63,653 bases of DNA from assembly GCF_001194135.2 (NCBI RefSeq), contig NC_068993.1, positions 47,702,247 through 47,765,899 on the forward strand, in the 5' to 3' direction. The first letter of the stretch is position 1, and every line of letters begins with the position of its first letter. Shown here piece by piece: positions 52,880-63,653 of the stretch. The position numbers and the translations under genes are program-made. Source of the stretch: Octopus bimaculoides. Taxonomy: Eukaryota. The notes beneath the pieces were generated by a model, which searched no databases, was not told where the DNA came from, and saw nothing but the letters and a program-made list of their open reading frames with translations.

Positions 52880-52881
<2 letters not shown>
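51669..52881 (-). mobile_element. Tc1-family DNA transposon, near full length, pseudogenized
   Basis: TIRs at 52856-52881 (GGTGTTTCCATTATTTTGTCCAACCC) and a degenerate copy at 51669-51690. Minus frames give MFSVPRSTVSKVMTSFEKEG, VSRELHKARFHGRAA.RKP, FQDDNAP and WPPQSPDLNIIEQLW. Confidence 0.9.
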
Positions 52882-52913
<32 letters not shown>

Positions 52914-53291
52914 CAGTTATATACTTATTTACTATATAGGGATTATTTACTATTGGAAATATTACATTTGTTTCTTTCAATATAGAAATTAATCGCGAAG
53001 GAATTGAAGCTTATGAATCATGAGAATTAAAATAATTTTTTGTTAGCACATTCAGATACATCGTAAAATTACCAAAAAAATTTGCGATTGAAATTTTAAA
53101 AGTCATTCGGAAAAATTTAATGAAGTCAAGATGTTGTACTAAATGACCCGCATAATCTTATTGCATTGGTCTCTNNNNNNNNNNNNNNNNNNNNNNNNNN
53201 NNNNNNNNNNNNNNNNNNNNNNNNNNNNNNNNNNNNNNNNNNNNNNNNNNNNNNNNNNNNNNNNNNNNNNNNNNNNNNNNNNNNNNNNNNN

Positions 53292-53358
<67 letters not shown>

Positions 53359-53741
53359 GAGACAAAGATCAGTAAGCACATGCATACATACATCTCATCC
53401 GTGCGTACATAGATACATCGATAGACAGACAAAGAGTCAGACGCCCAGACAAATAGATAGACAGGCATTCACTCGTGCGCCGCGTACACATACTGAATGT
53501 TATCTGGTTAGACGCTAATATCTTAATTCGTTTGATTACACAATATATTTAACGTAGTGCAAATATTGTGAAATATTTTGGAACCTTGCCCATTGTGAAT
53601 CCAATATAAATGAACTTCAATTATTAATCAAGAAGCTGTGACAATATATTATTTAAGCTAGTTACAATTCCTCGATGTATGGTTATTTGTGTGATACACA
53701 CATATAACCGCATAGCATCTTACACAACACATACATACATA

Positions 53742-53954
53742 CAGATTTCAAATTTTGGCACAAGGCTAGCCTGTTCAGAAAAGGTGGATAAGTCAATTAT
53801 ATTAAACCCAGTGAACAACTGGTATTTTAAGGACCTCCGAAAGGATAGACGAAAAGTCAACCGCGGTGGCATTTGAACTCAGAACGTAATGACAGACGAA
53901 ATTGCGCTAAGCATTTTTCCCGGGGTCCTAACGATTCTGCCTGCTCGACGCCTT
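53742..53954 (-). mobile_element. SINE family A
   Basis: Reverse complement of family A across its full length. Confidence 0.85.
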
Positions 53955-54200
53955 AATACGTACTTCCCAAGACAGTCGATCAAACTTCAATGCATTTTCT
54001 CATTTTAGTATCTGATACACAGACCGCGGAACTTAGTAATAAATAATTGAAATCCCCCTTATGCACAGCTGCGCGTATACACAATATGACCCAGATATTT
54101 GCCGCGACTGGAAAGAGATATGACCATACATCATTAACGTTTTTAACTTGTATTGTACTCATTTGTATTCATTGACAGTTTAGTATTGTGATATTCATGA

Positions 54201-54404
54201 AGGTAGTGAGCTGGCGGAGTCGTTATCACACTGGAGAGAAATGACTAGCAGCATTTGGCCTGTCTTTAGGTTCTGAGTTCAAATTCCACCGAGGGCGACA
54301 TTGCTCTTCATATTTTTGGGATCGATAACATAAGTACCAGTTGAGCACTGGGGACGATTCAATCAATTTACACTATCCCTGACATTGCAGGCCTTGTGCT
54401 AATA
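54201..54404 (+). mobile_element. SINE family A
   Basis: AGGTAGTGAGCTGGCGGAGTCG...GAGTTCAAATTCC...AAGTACCAGTTGAGCACTGGGG...GGCCTTGTGC. Confidence 0.85.
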
Positions 54405-55571
54405 TTTTTTAACGAATATTACACTTTCAAACGAAAGAGTGCCAAAAAATAACTTCCTTTGGGACACAGGCGCGTGCGTGTACACACACACATACACACA
54501 CACGCGGTAAAACGTTTGTACGAATTACGTTATTTCTTACTGTGTGCACACGCAAAATTACACCTCAAATTCAATTGAAATGACATTTTTCTATTCTGTA
54601 ATTCGAGTTTCCGATGAGCGTATTTAAAATGCTGATTTTCGATATAAACTAAAACGGAAGTTTTCCCAGAAATCTTTCCTTTACCTGTTTCTTGCAGCTC
54701 TTAGGTGATATTTACGCCCCTACCTTTATTCTTTCCGTAAATTTCTTCCGATTCCTATGTTTTCGATGCAGGAAATTAGAATTTCGTCCAAAAAACGCTT
54801 AATCACTATTTTATTTTTCTCCATGTCCACCGCAATTTCTTCGTTATTAAACTTTTCTCCAATTGTTTTTCTTCGTAATCCACGGAAAAAAAATTGAGTA
54901 CGAAACATTAAGAAATTTATTCTTCAATTTTTTATAAAGAAACACTAAAATTACCTTCTCAAAGTTCCACAAATCACCTCATCACTTTCAAAAGCTACAA
55001 ACACCCAATGTTTCACTTGTAGCTTTATAGAAAAATGGGGAAATTTCTACAGAAATAATGTTGCTTACCTGTTGTTTCTAGTATGACAGGTGTTCTGGTG
55101 GTGGCCTTGTAGTTTTTACATCTGCTATTTCAGTACAATTCTACGCATGTGTGAAACATAAGACGAAAGTGAGCCACAGGGAGGTTTCAGCTTTTTGAAA
55201 GCGGCTCGTTGATGGGTGGGTAAGAAAAATTAAACGTTACAAAAATATGTTTCCCAGTTTCGTAAACACTGTGTTTTTCTACGGGAATAAAAAAAAGTTA
55301 CAAATTAGGAAATTGCGGTGGGGACAGGGGGAATTAAAATTTTGAAAACGGGATTTGGGGGCAAAATCATATTAAGCCCCATTTTATAGTAGTTTCTGGT
55401 CTTTCTTAAGAACAGAAAGCACCCTCCCCCGTCACTTTTAAACAGACAATAACTTCGGTTTCGCCAGTTCACTATATTTACGTGTATATATATCATAAAT
55501 ATGCATATATATATACATACATATATACATACACACGTACGTACATGGCGAGAGAGAGAGGGAGAGAGCGA

Positions 55572-55621
<50 letters not shown>

Positions 55622-55663
55622 CATAATTACATAATTACATACATACATACATACATACATTCT

Positions 55664-55754
<91 letters not shown>

Positions 55755-56246
55755 ATGCATAGCACCTTGTACATGTATATAATACGATATAGATATATAC
55801 ATGTGTGTAATTGTAATGTTTAATATGGTGATAACCTTATCGAACACCCGAAACCTTTTGTCTGCTTTCATGGCGTTATAAGTAGACATTTTCTGTCAAA
55901 TATGTTCATAACATATTCTATAATAAATATATAGGGCGTCTGAAAGGATTAAGTTAATCCAAGGTAATTTCTTTTCTAATAAGCTGTACATATTCATTAG
56001 GCTATTCGTGAAATATTAATATTCGTTTCTAGTTAAGTAATTTTGCTTCTATGTACACCAATTTAGTAGTGAAATCTTACCCGTGTTATCTTGCACGTCA
56101 AATCATCGTTTATCTTCTGATTGATGGCATTGTAAAAGAAATATTACACCATACTCTTTAAATGCTGCATAAGTAAGTTTAGGTAGCTAGGGCGATAGAT
56201 TCAGGGTTTCAACCCACAAATAGGTATACCATGCGAGGAACATGTC

Positions 56247-57822
56247 GTGACTTACAGATTCAATATCATTAACTGGTCAATTACTGAAATATGTAATCTT
56301 GACAGAAATATACGAAAACCGTTGAGAACGCATAGAATGCACCACCCTAAGTCAGATATAGAACGACTTTACCTGCAAAGAAAAGAGGGTGGCCGTGGAC
56401 TTTTTACAACTGGAATTAACATTGAAGATTACCACTATTGGCCTCAACACCAACCTGAAAAACTCTGATGACTGAATGTTAAAACTTATTTTCAAGCATG
56501 AAAACAAGTAAGCATCATACTCATTAACAAAACAGGCAAATGCATCACGATGCAATTCTTTAACAATCGATCGTAAGCTCTGTAACTGTTGTTCATTCTT
56601 TGCAAAGAGCTTTAAATCATCCATGTAAAAGAGATGATTTATATTTTTATCAAACATTTTATAACCGTACTGTACATCATTGAGCGATTTCGAGAGAGGT
56701 AGTATGACTACACAAAAGAGGAGGGGAAAATGCCACATGAAATTTTTACATCTCCAGCATTGTGAAATTCATTGTCACTGTTCAAAGTCAGTGTGGTTCT
56801 CTATAATCTCATATTTACAGACAAAACGTTTCGCAGAGTAGATGCTATTTTATACATTTCCAAACATTTCTTAATCCCGCTATGTGGTAGACTATCAAAA
56901 GCGTTCTCATAGTCTCTCCAGGCTATTGACAAGTTTTTTTGTCGTTTGTGACAATCTTCCAAGGTCATCCTATTGATGAGCAGCTGATCTTTACAACCAT
57001 AGGATCCACGTTTACATCCTTTCTTTCATCACTAGTGAATATGCCACTTTCTATTAAAAAACTATAGGTATACTCAGTCAGGACAGATGTTAGCGTTTTA
57101 TACATTGTTGTTAAGCAGGTTATGGGTCTATAATTTTTGGTTCATTTGTTTCTTCATTTCTGGGATATAGGAATGTTACACCATTAACTAGCCAAGAGGG
57201 AATCATACTAGGTTGTTGCAAAACCTTGTTGTAATGTTTCGTTAGCAGTTCGTGACTCTCTGGGAAGGCATTCAAACTGAAGTTAGGAATTTTATCCTTT
57301 CTTGGGGACTTTCATTTGCTTGACTTCCTGAGAGCAGATCTTACATCCTCCAACTTTATACCCTCCCACTTTTGCTCTTTTATGGAGTCTAAGTCTGCAG
57401 ATATTCTATCCATGCAAGGAGCATTGTGTTTTTTCTTCTGCCCAAATTTTATTCAAAAACTCCTGCACTTCTTTTGATGGGACAAATTTACTGTAACTGT
57501 AAAACTATGGTGGGTTATTTTGAACATACTGTTTTCCTTGAAGAATCCGTTGCGCTTTTCATACCTTACTATGCAGTCAGTTTTAGCACTTACCTTTTGC
57601 TTGACAGTTTCTCCAACACAACCACTCTCTGTGGTTTGTCTTCGTATCAGGTTTTGTTTTCCACTAACCTCGATATATCGCGCAGTTTCCAAAGCAGCAC
57701 TTTCGCGACTTCACCTCATCGTCAGAACATATATCCACCTGGAGAATACCCACAGAATGGCTACAGAGCATCAAATAAACGAGTTGGACAGGAAAACAAA
57801 AAAACTCTTACCCATGTATGGT
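56247..57822. mobile_element. Rearranged R4/Dong-like retrotransposon RT fragments in both orientations
   Basis: Minus 56545-57690: KQKVSAK...RYEKRN, NYRPITCL, AWRDYENAFDSLPH, HLFYMDDLKLFAKN (YMDD at 56616-56627). Plus 56247-56540: YRFNIINWS..EI.NLDR..RK...HHPKSDIERLYL.RKEGGRGL. Plus 57760-57822: INELDRKTKKLL. Confidence 0.85.
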
Positions 57823-58120
57823 GATTTCATATTAAGAAAAACAGCATATGAACTTGCAGGTAGGGCCCAGTAAGAATTTTCTTCAGATCGAGTAGCCCAT
57901 CCCGCTCAAACGGTCCATGAATAAAGATTGTTTAAGCTTGTTGAACGAAACAGCCGTGTTTCCAGAGGTGACTTATTCAAACGCCAAAGAGTTCCTCTCA
58001 ACACATGGATATGATGTTTCCCCACTACTTCTGCTTGTGATCAGAGATGCACATATCGTCAACCACTAAGGGACATGCTCAACTGGTATTGAGCAGAATA
58101 TTTTCCATAGCCCATATTCT
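57816..58120 (-). mobile_element. Family E dispersed repeat, second copy
   Basis: Homologous to 41725-41945 in the opposite orientation and lacking a ~37-nt internal segment. Confidence 0.7.
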
Positions 58121-58127
58121 ATAAGGT

Positions 58128-58351
58128 GGCGATAAGGTGGTATCTTCAGCACGCAGGGCAAGAGGCTTATCGACATTTCGTCTAAAATTACGTTATGATC
58201 TCAAATTATGCCCATCAAAATCAAGACGATTTTCCATTTTATCCACTCGGGTCGATAAATTAGATAGATTACCTGTTAAGCATTGGGGTCGATGTTATCG
58301 ATTACCATCCTCCCCTAAAATGTTAAGACCTTGTGCCTTTAGCAGAAACGG

Positions 58352-58407
<56 letters not shown>

Positions 58408-58410
58408 GTT
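58128..58410 (+). mobile_element. Decayed SINE family A ending in (TTA)n
   Basis: GGGTCGATAAATT...CATTGGGGTCGATG...CCTTGTGCCTTTAGCAGAAA, then (TTA)n at 58354-58410. Confidence 0.7.
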
Positions 58411-58980
58411 ATTAATATATTGCAGTAATATTGACTTTTGCATTTCAGCTATATGGATTCCATAATTACTTGTCATCTATTAATTGGATGTAATCAAATA
58501 TTTCCTACCCCAGGGTATTTTACCACATCAGACTATTTTAGTAATCGTTATACTATCAATATCAACGTTCTAAATCATATTTCTCTACCTTCACTTTTGT
58601 TTCAAAAACGATATATAGAGATGGTTTAAGTGACAAACAGCGATAGCTCTCTGTTATTCGCTGTGTTCTCTGCAGGGATATAATGATTAGATATCTGCTA
58701 CAACATCTCGGAGATTGTTATCGAAATTTACTCAGATTTCATGGGAGAGTCTTTATAACTTAATATGAAATAAGACGGCTGATGGATCAACTTACACTCA
58801 CGCAGCGTGAGGGAATATATGCGGTTAGGGGAAACATATAACTGAAGTTGGGATTGTAGAAGAATGATATAATGCACACGCATATATACCTGAATATATA
58901 TATATTGGGTTTATGAGAGGTAATGGTTTTTTATCTCATTCTGAAAGAAAGTTTCTAAGTATATATATATATATAATATA

Positions 58981-59032
<52 letters not shown>

Positions 59033-59039
59033 AATTTTA

Positions 59040-59795
59040 GCCCTTCTATCACGAATAGTTTTTTGATGCGATGTGGGTGTTCGTTGGCGTTATTTTCTAG
59101 CCAGAATTGAATTGCTTCTATTCCTAGGTTGTGGGGGACACCAGTAGGATGTTTTTGTTTATTGTTTCAGGGAGGTGATTGAGTATATCCAGGTTGTCCC
59201 TTATGTAGCTTTTAGCATGCTTGAGGAATGGTTTTAAGAGGGTATCTAAAATGTTACTGAGGCAGTGGGTTCTGCATGCGGGACCTGCTATTATAGGTCT
59301 CAATTTGGAGTAGGGACTTTATGTCTGGTTATCTTGCATCCGTTACTTATTTTCTCACTCTAGTATATCTTGGGAATACCGTAGAATTGACTAGTTTTAC
59401 TTTTGAAATTGATCATGTAGTCATATTCTTTGTCGGTGAGCCCTTCTCATGGATTTTAGGTCTCTCATTATTTTCTGCTGACTGTAGTGTTGGGCCTTTT
59501 CATAATATGTTGTATCTTCCAATATGGATAGTATTAGGGTTATATAATATACCGTGTCTTGATCATTTCTGTGAACACATCTCGAATTACCCATATCAAG
59601 GTATGAACAAACATAAGCACAAAACCAGACTTCAGCAAAAAAGAATAGGCTGAGCTGAACAAATTAAAGGATGACAAAAGAATAACAATCAAAGAAGCTG
59701 ATAAAGGGATTACACTCTTAATAAACAATACCTCTAGTACTATCCTGCATATTGAAAGACACAACATATTATGAAAAGGCCCAACACTACAGTCA
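59040..59795. mobile_element. Penelope-like RT fragment with an inverted 5' segment
   Basis: Minus: EDTTYYEKAQHY, QFYGIPKIY, KLRPIIAGPAC, NILDTLLKPFLKH.KSYIRD, PHNLGIEAI.FWL. Plus 59655-59795: LNKLKDDKRITIKEADKG...DTTYYEKAQHY. A perfect 35-bp inverted repeat lies at 59479-59513/59761-59795. Confidence 0.85.
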
Positions 59796-59936
59796 TTCTT
59801 TTTTTAATAACTGTGTATATATATATACATATATATACGTGAGTAAGAGTAGGTGCACGCGCACGAGAATCTATATAATTTTCCCTTACCCACAATTATA
59901 TCTACTTAGCAGCAGTCTAATATGGTGGGCTGGTAA

Positions 59937-60140
59937 GTCGGCAAGTTGGCAGAATTGATATCACGCTTAATATTTCGCCCGTCTTTACGATCTGAGTTCA
60001 AATTCCAGCGAGGTCGACTTTGCCTTTTAACCTTTTGGGGTCAATAAAAAATGTACCAGTTGAGCACTGGTGTCGATGTAATCGATTTATCCTCTCCACC
60101 GAAAGTGCAGGCCTTGTAGTAAAAGTTGAAAGGAATATTA
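59937..60140 (+). mobile_element. SINE family A with a small deletion
   Basis: TTGGCAGAAT...TGAGTTCAAATTCC.GCGAGGTCGACTTTGCCTTT...GTACCAGTTGAGCACTGG. Confidence 0.85.
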
Positions 60141-61256
60141 AAAGCTTGTAGCCGAGTCATAGGTATAAAAACAACTTCAAGATTTCTTTATAGATATAGT
60201 GTCTCTTACCGTTCACACCGTTTCCGCAAAGGATAATTTATTAATAAATATAGTTCATAAAAATAAAAATATATTAATTCCAAAAATTACAAACCAAATG
60301 ATAAACTGGAATTTTATTTTAAAGTGATTCAACCAGAAAATTCCAAATTTAAAGAAAGAGAATATAGCCGCAATTTAAAGTTTTAAATATAACATTTTGT
60401 TCCATTAACTGAGAAATTGATCATGTCATATACATTATACCAGTATGTCTAATATGAATTATAAGTAAGAAAACAAAATGAATATGAAACAACAAAGCAG
60501 GAAAATAATATATAGAGTGACCAGAAAGGAAAGACGGATAATATAAAAACTAAACAGTTTTAATTTGCATTAATTGATGTGGCTTCTTCCCTTCAGTGAC
60601 CAAGTCGAAAAAGTACGGTGAGATGTTAAAACGTTGACAGAGCAAATTAAGACTAAACTGCGAATTTCAATGAAAATGTTCGTGTACTTATATACGTGTG
60701 CGTCCGCGTGTATATACAAGTGCATATATATATATATATATATATATANNNNNNNNNNNNNNNNNNNNNNNNNNNNNNNNNNNNNNNNNNNNNNNNNNNN
60801 NNNNNNNNNNNNNNNNNNNNNNNNNNNNNNNNNNNNNNNNNNNNNNNNNNNNNNNNNNNNNNNNNNNNNNNNNNNNNNNNNNNNNNNNNNNNNNNNNNNN
60901 NNNNNNNNNNNNNNNNNNNNNNNNNNNNNNNNNNNNNNNNNNNNNNNNNNNNNNNNNNNNNNNNNNNNNNNNNNNNNNNNNNNNNNNNNNNNNNNNNNNN
61001 NNNNNNNNNNNNNNNNNNNNNNNNNNNNNNNNNNNNNNNNNNNNNNNNNNNNNNNNNNNNNNNNNNNNNNNNNNNNNNNNNNNNNNNNNNNNNNNNNNNN
61101 NNNNNNNNNNNNNNNNNNNNNNNNNNNNNNNNNNNNNNNNNNNNNNNNNNNNNNNNNNNNNNNNNNNNNNNNNNNNNNNNNNNNNNNNNNNNNNNNNNNN
61201 NNNNNNNNNNNNNNNNNNNNNNNNNNNNNNTATATATATATATATATATATGTATA

Positions 61257-61398
61257 CAGCTGGTAATTAATTTATCGACCCCAAAATGATGAAAGGCAAA
61301 ATCGACATCGGCGGAGTTTAAACTCAGAACATAAAGACCAACGAAATACCGCTAAGCATTTCGCCCGGTGTGCTAACGTCTTTACCAGCTCGCCGGCT
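61257..61398 (-). mobile_element. SINE family A, 5' two-thirds
   Basis: Reverse complement of the head through TAAATTAA.TACCAG; truncated at a microsatellite and gap. Confidence 0.85.
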
Positions 61399-61416
61399 TA
61401 GACCAGTATAGATAAG

Positions 61417-61622
61417 TTAGATAACGCTGCTTCATGAGATTACCTTAGGTTTCACGTCCTTAAAAGGCTTAGCTTTATGGCGTATCATAAGTTTCGGAAA
61501 CCAGTTGTTTTAAGGCCTCTCTATCTAGTAAAACCTTAAGCCAACAGGGTTTGGAATATGATGACAAGTCGTGAAACTAAGCCAGTTAGGGACGTGAAAC
61601 CTAAAGTAATCATATTATCTAA
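61417..61622. mobile_element. MITE-like element with ~39-bp inverted repeats
   Basis: GATTACCTTAGGTTTCACGTCCTTAAAAGGCTTAG (from 61438) pairs with CTAAGCCAGTTAGGGACGTGAAACCTAAAGTAATC (to 61611); outer TTAGATAA/TTATCTAA. Confidence 0.75.
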
Positions 61623-61648
61623 CGTTAATATATACACACAGATGTACA

Positions 61649-61689
<41 letters not shown>

Positions 61690-62309
61690 ATATATACGTT
61701 GTAATTCTTATAAGTGATGATTGTAGAACACGCTTTATTACATGTTACTAAAATTCTTTCACCGCATCATTAACAGCTGTTAATTTCTGAGTGTTACACG
61801 TTTGATACACAATATATTATACAACAGTAGCTGTAGACATATCCATCGTACGAGTAATCAGAGCCAACACACTGCTATATCAGCTTCAGTTTTTTCACAT
61901 TTGATACTCGAACAGAAATTCTATTTTGAATGTTACTTTGGCAAAATGAAAAAAAAGAAATACAAGGAGATACAAACGAGAAAAAATAAAACTAAATTTT
62001 ATTATGGGAATTGAAAAGGGAGTTGAAAAAATAATGTCAAAGATAGCGTAAATCCCGCAAATATGGAAAAAACTATAATAGTGGAATACCATAATCATGG
62101 TAATCCAAATGGTTCTAACACAAGTAATAATACTCACATTAATATAGATAATGTAATAACGACGTGAATGCTGTAAGCCTTATTAATAATGAAATTGTGG
62201 GTAACAGCAATGATAAGAACGGATATATCCATATTAGTAACAACAACAGTGCAAACAAGATTAAAAACATAAAAAGAAAACCACAAGTAGTAACCTAGTT
62301 GGAAATTGT

Positions 62310-62620
62310 ACGGTCAAAAATGTAACGGTAGAGATAGGAAATTATGTCGTCTGGCAAACAAATGTTTGCAACGAAACATTGTATACAAATGTACAGTGAG
62401 AACGACAGAACATGTATATGCATATATGTTGGTGCAACAAGCGACCTTTTCAAGAATCGATGGAGACTTCAATTTGCATCATTTAGAAACATCAAAAAAA
62501 GACATTGCATATCATACTAATCTTGAGACTCAAACAGAAAAGGATCCAATACATGACTTGGTCAGTCATACGGAATGCATACCCGTAATAGTTTGCATCT
62601 ATGTGAAGTTGTTTGGTTAA
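62310..62620 (+). mobile_element. GIY-YIG endonuclease remnant of a Penelope-like element
   Basis: KCNGRDRKLCRLANKCLQRNIVYKCTV (IVY at 62378-62386), a frameshift to YVGATSDLFKNRW...SFRN (YVG at 62425-62433), then LRLKQKRIQY.TWSVIRNAYP. Confidence 0.75.
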
Positions 62621-63377
62621 AATTCAAACAGTTATAGGTTAGATGTTTTTGTCATTACGTATAAATGTATATATCTTACAAGGTGTAATTATAGAATGAA
62701 TATTGAACGTATTTCTACGGTTGTATTATTATACATGAATAGATATATCATGGTATACAGAACCATGTATGTCTTTACGAACAAACCTTATAAGTTTACC
62801 ATATAGGATTGAATTCCTTTTTTAAAGTATTAACTTATAATTCCAAATAAATGGATATAAATAGGAACAAAATATTAATATATGAACATGATTGTAGGCT
62901 TCATGAGTAGAATAGAATTATTGCGTACACATTCATGAGAATGAAAATTGTGAGAGTATGTTTGAATAAATACATGAATGCATATACACGTGTATATACA
63001 TTAATGTTTTAAATAAGTATATTTATATATATTATACGTGTGTGGAAGTAAATTTATTAGTTTAATAGCCTCTCTTAGCGACTTGAAAAGCAACAGGATA
63101 TAGACTGCGGTGGTGATGCTATATGTATGAAATTAATCTGTAAGGTGGAAGTTTTGTATCCAGCTGCAGAAAGGAAGGCAGCATATGTTACTGGTGTTCT
63201 TTGAAGTGGAACATTAACAGACACAAGAGACGGGTAATCGTCAAAGGTTATCCTTTTATGACATTATTATCTTGGAGTGTTCTTGTTCCTAAAATTCCAG
63301 ACATGTCTGGGGTTAAAGGTCTAATGGATATGCAGTTTCTTTAATCGTTTTTTTTTTATTTCCCTTATTCTTTCATT

Positions 63378-63428
63378 CTTTCGCTTGTTTCAGTTATTTG
63401 ACTGCGGTCATGTTGGAGCACCGCTTAG
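63378..63428 (-). mobile_element. SINE family B 3'-terminal fragment
   Basis: CTTGTTTCAGTTATTTGACTGCGGTCATGTTGGAGCACCGC matches 48855-48895. Confidence 0.75.
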
Positions 63429-63653
63429 AAGATTTATTTTTTAGTCGCAAAATGGACTTATTTTTTAATGATTTATAATAAAAGCCTCTTCAATCAAATG
63501 TCTCTCATAAAATTCTTTTTCTTTATACTACTCAATTATTTACGGATTTCCACATGTATAACCAGCAAGAGAAGTGCTGCTATATTATAACATTTGTTAG
63601 CCAACACCCCATTGGAAACCACACTATACTTTCTTACACAGGTCATATATATA

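Noticed and set aside
54726-54908. Mariner C-terminal remnant (GEKFNNEEI)
   Set aside because: The similarity is too short to support by eye.
63164-63233. Possible second exon (TATCCAG|...CGG|GTAATC), open only in the phase that would follow the 27852 exon
   Set aside because: The pyrimidine tract is weak, the peptide (CRKEGSICYWCSLKWNINRHKRR) is unrecognisable, and such matches are expected by chance over 35 kb.

Overview
AT-rich animal DNA from a gapped short-read assembly, with about 23 N-gaps that are nearly all flanked by (TA)n, (CA)n, (GATA)n or (AAT)n. The SINE, LINE and transposon families match those I recall from Octopus (coleoid cephalopod); this assignment is inference, not a database result. 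No intact gene, rRNA, tRNA or CRISPR array is present, and almost all long ORFs in the supplied track are microsatellite or N artefacts. The window is intron-like sequence filled with four tRNA-headed SINE families (about 20 copies), decayed Penelope-like retroelements (two RT fragments, one GIY-YIG fragment), R4/Dong-like RLE retrotransposon fragments, mariner and Tc1 relics, and foldback/MITE elements. Signals the ORF track misses: (1) a probable first coding exon of an unidentified secreted or membrane protein (27852-28103); (2) Penelope-type minimal hammerhead ribozyme motifs (best at 50205-50258, weaker at 5124-5185 and 17961-18007); (3) a perfect 11-copy 14-bp minisatellite that arose inside a mariner transposase; (4) a Penelope RT with twin-priming-like 5' inversion geometry; (5) two R4/Dong copies stacked in one (TAA)n tract. 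I found nothing I can honestly call a new biological system. These are the leads worth testing.
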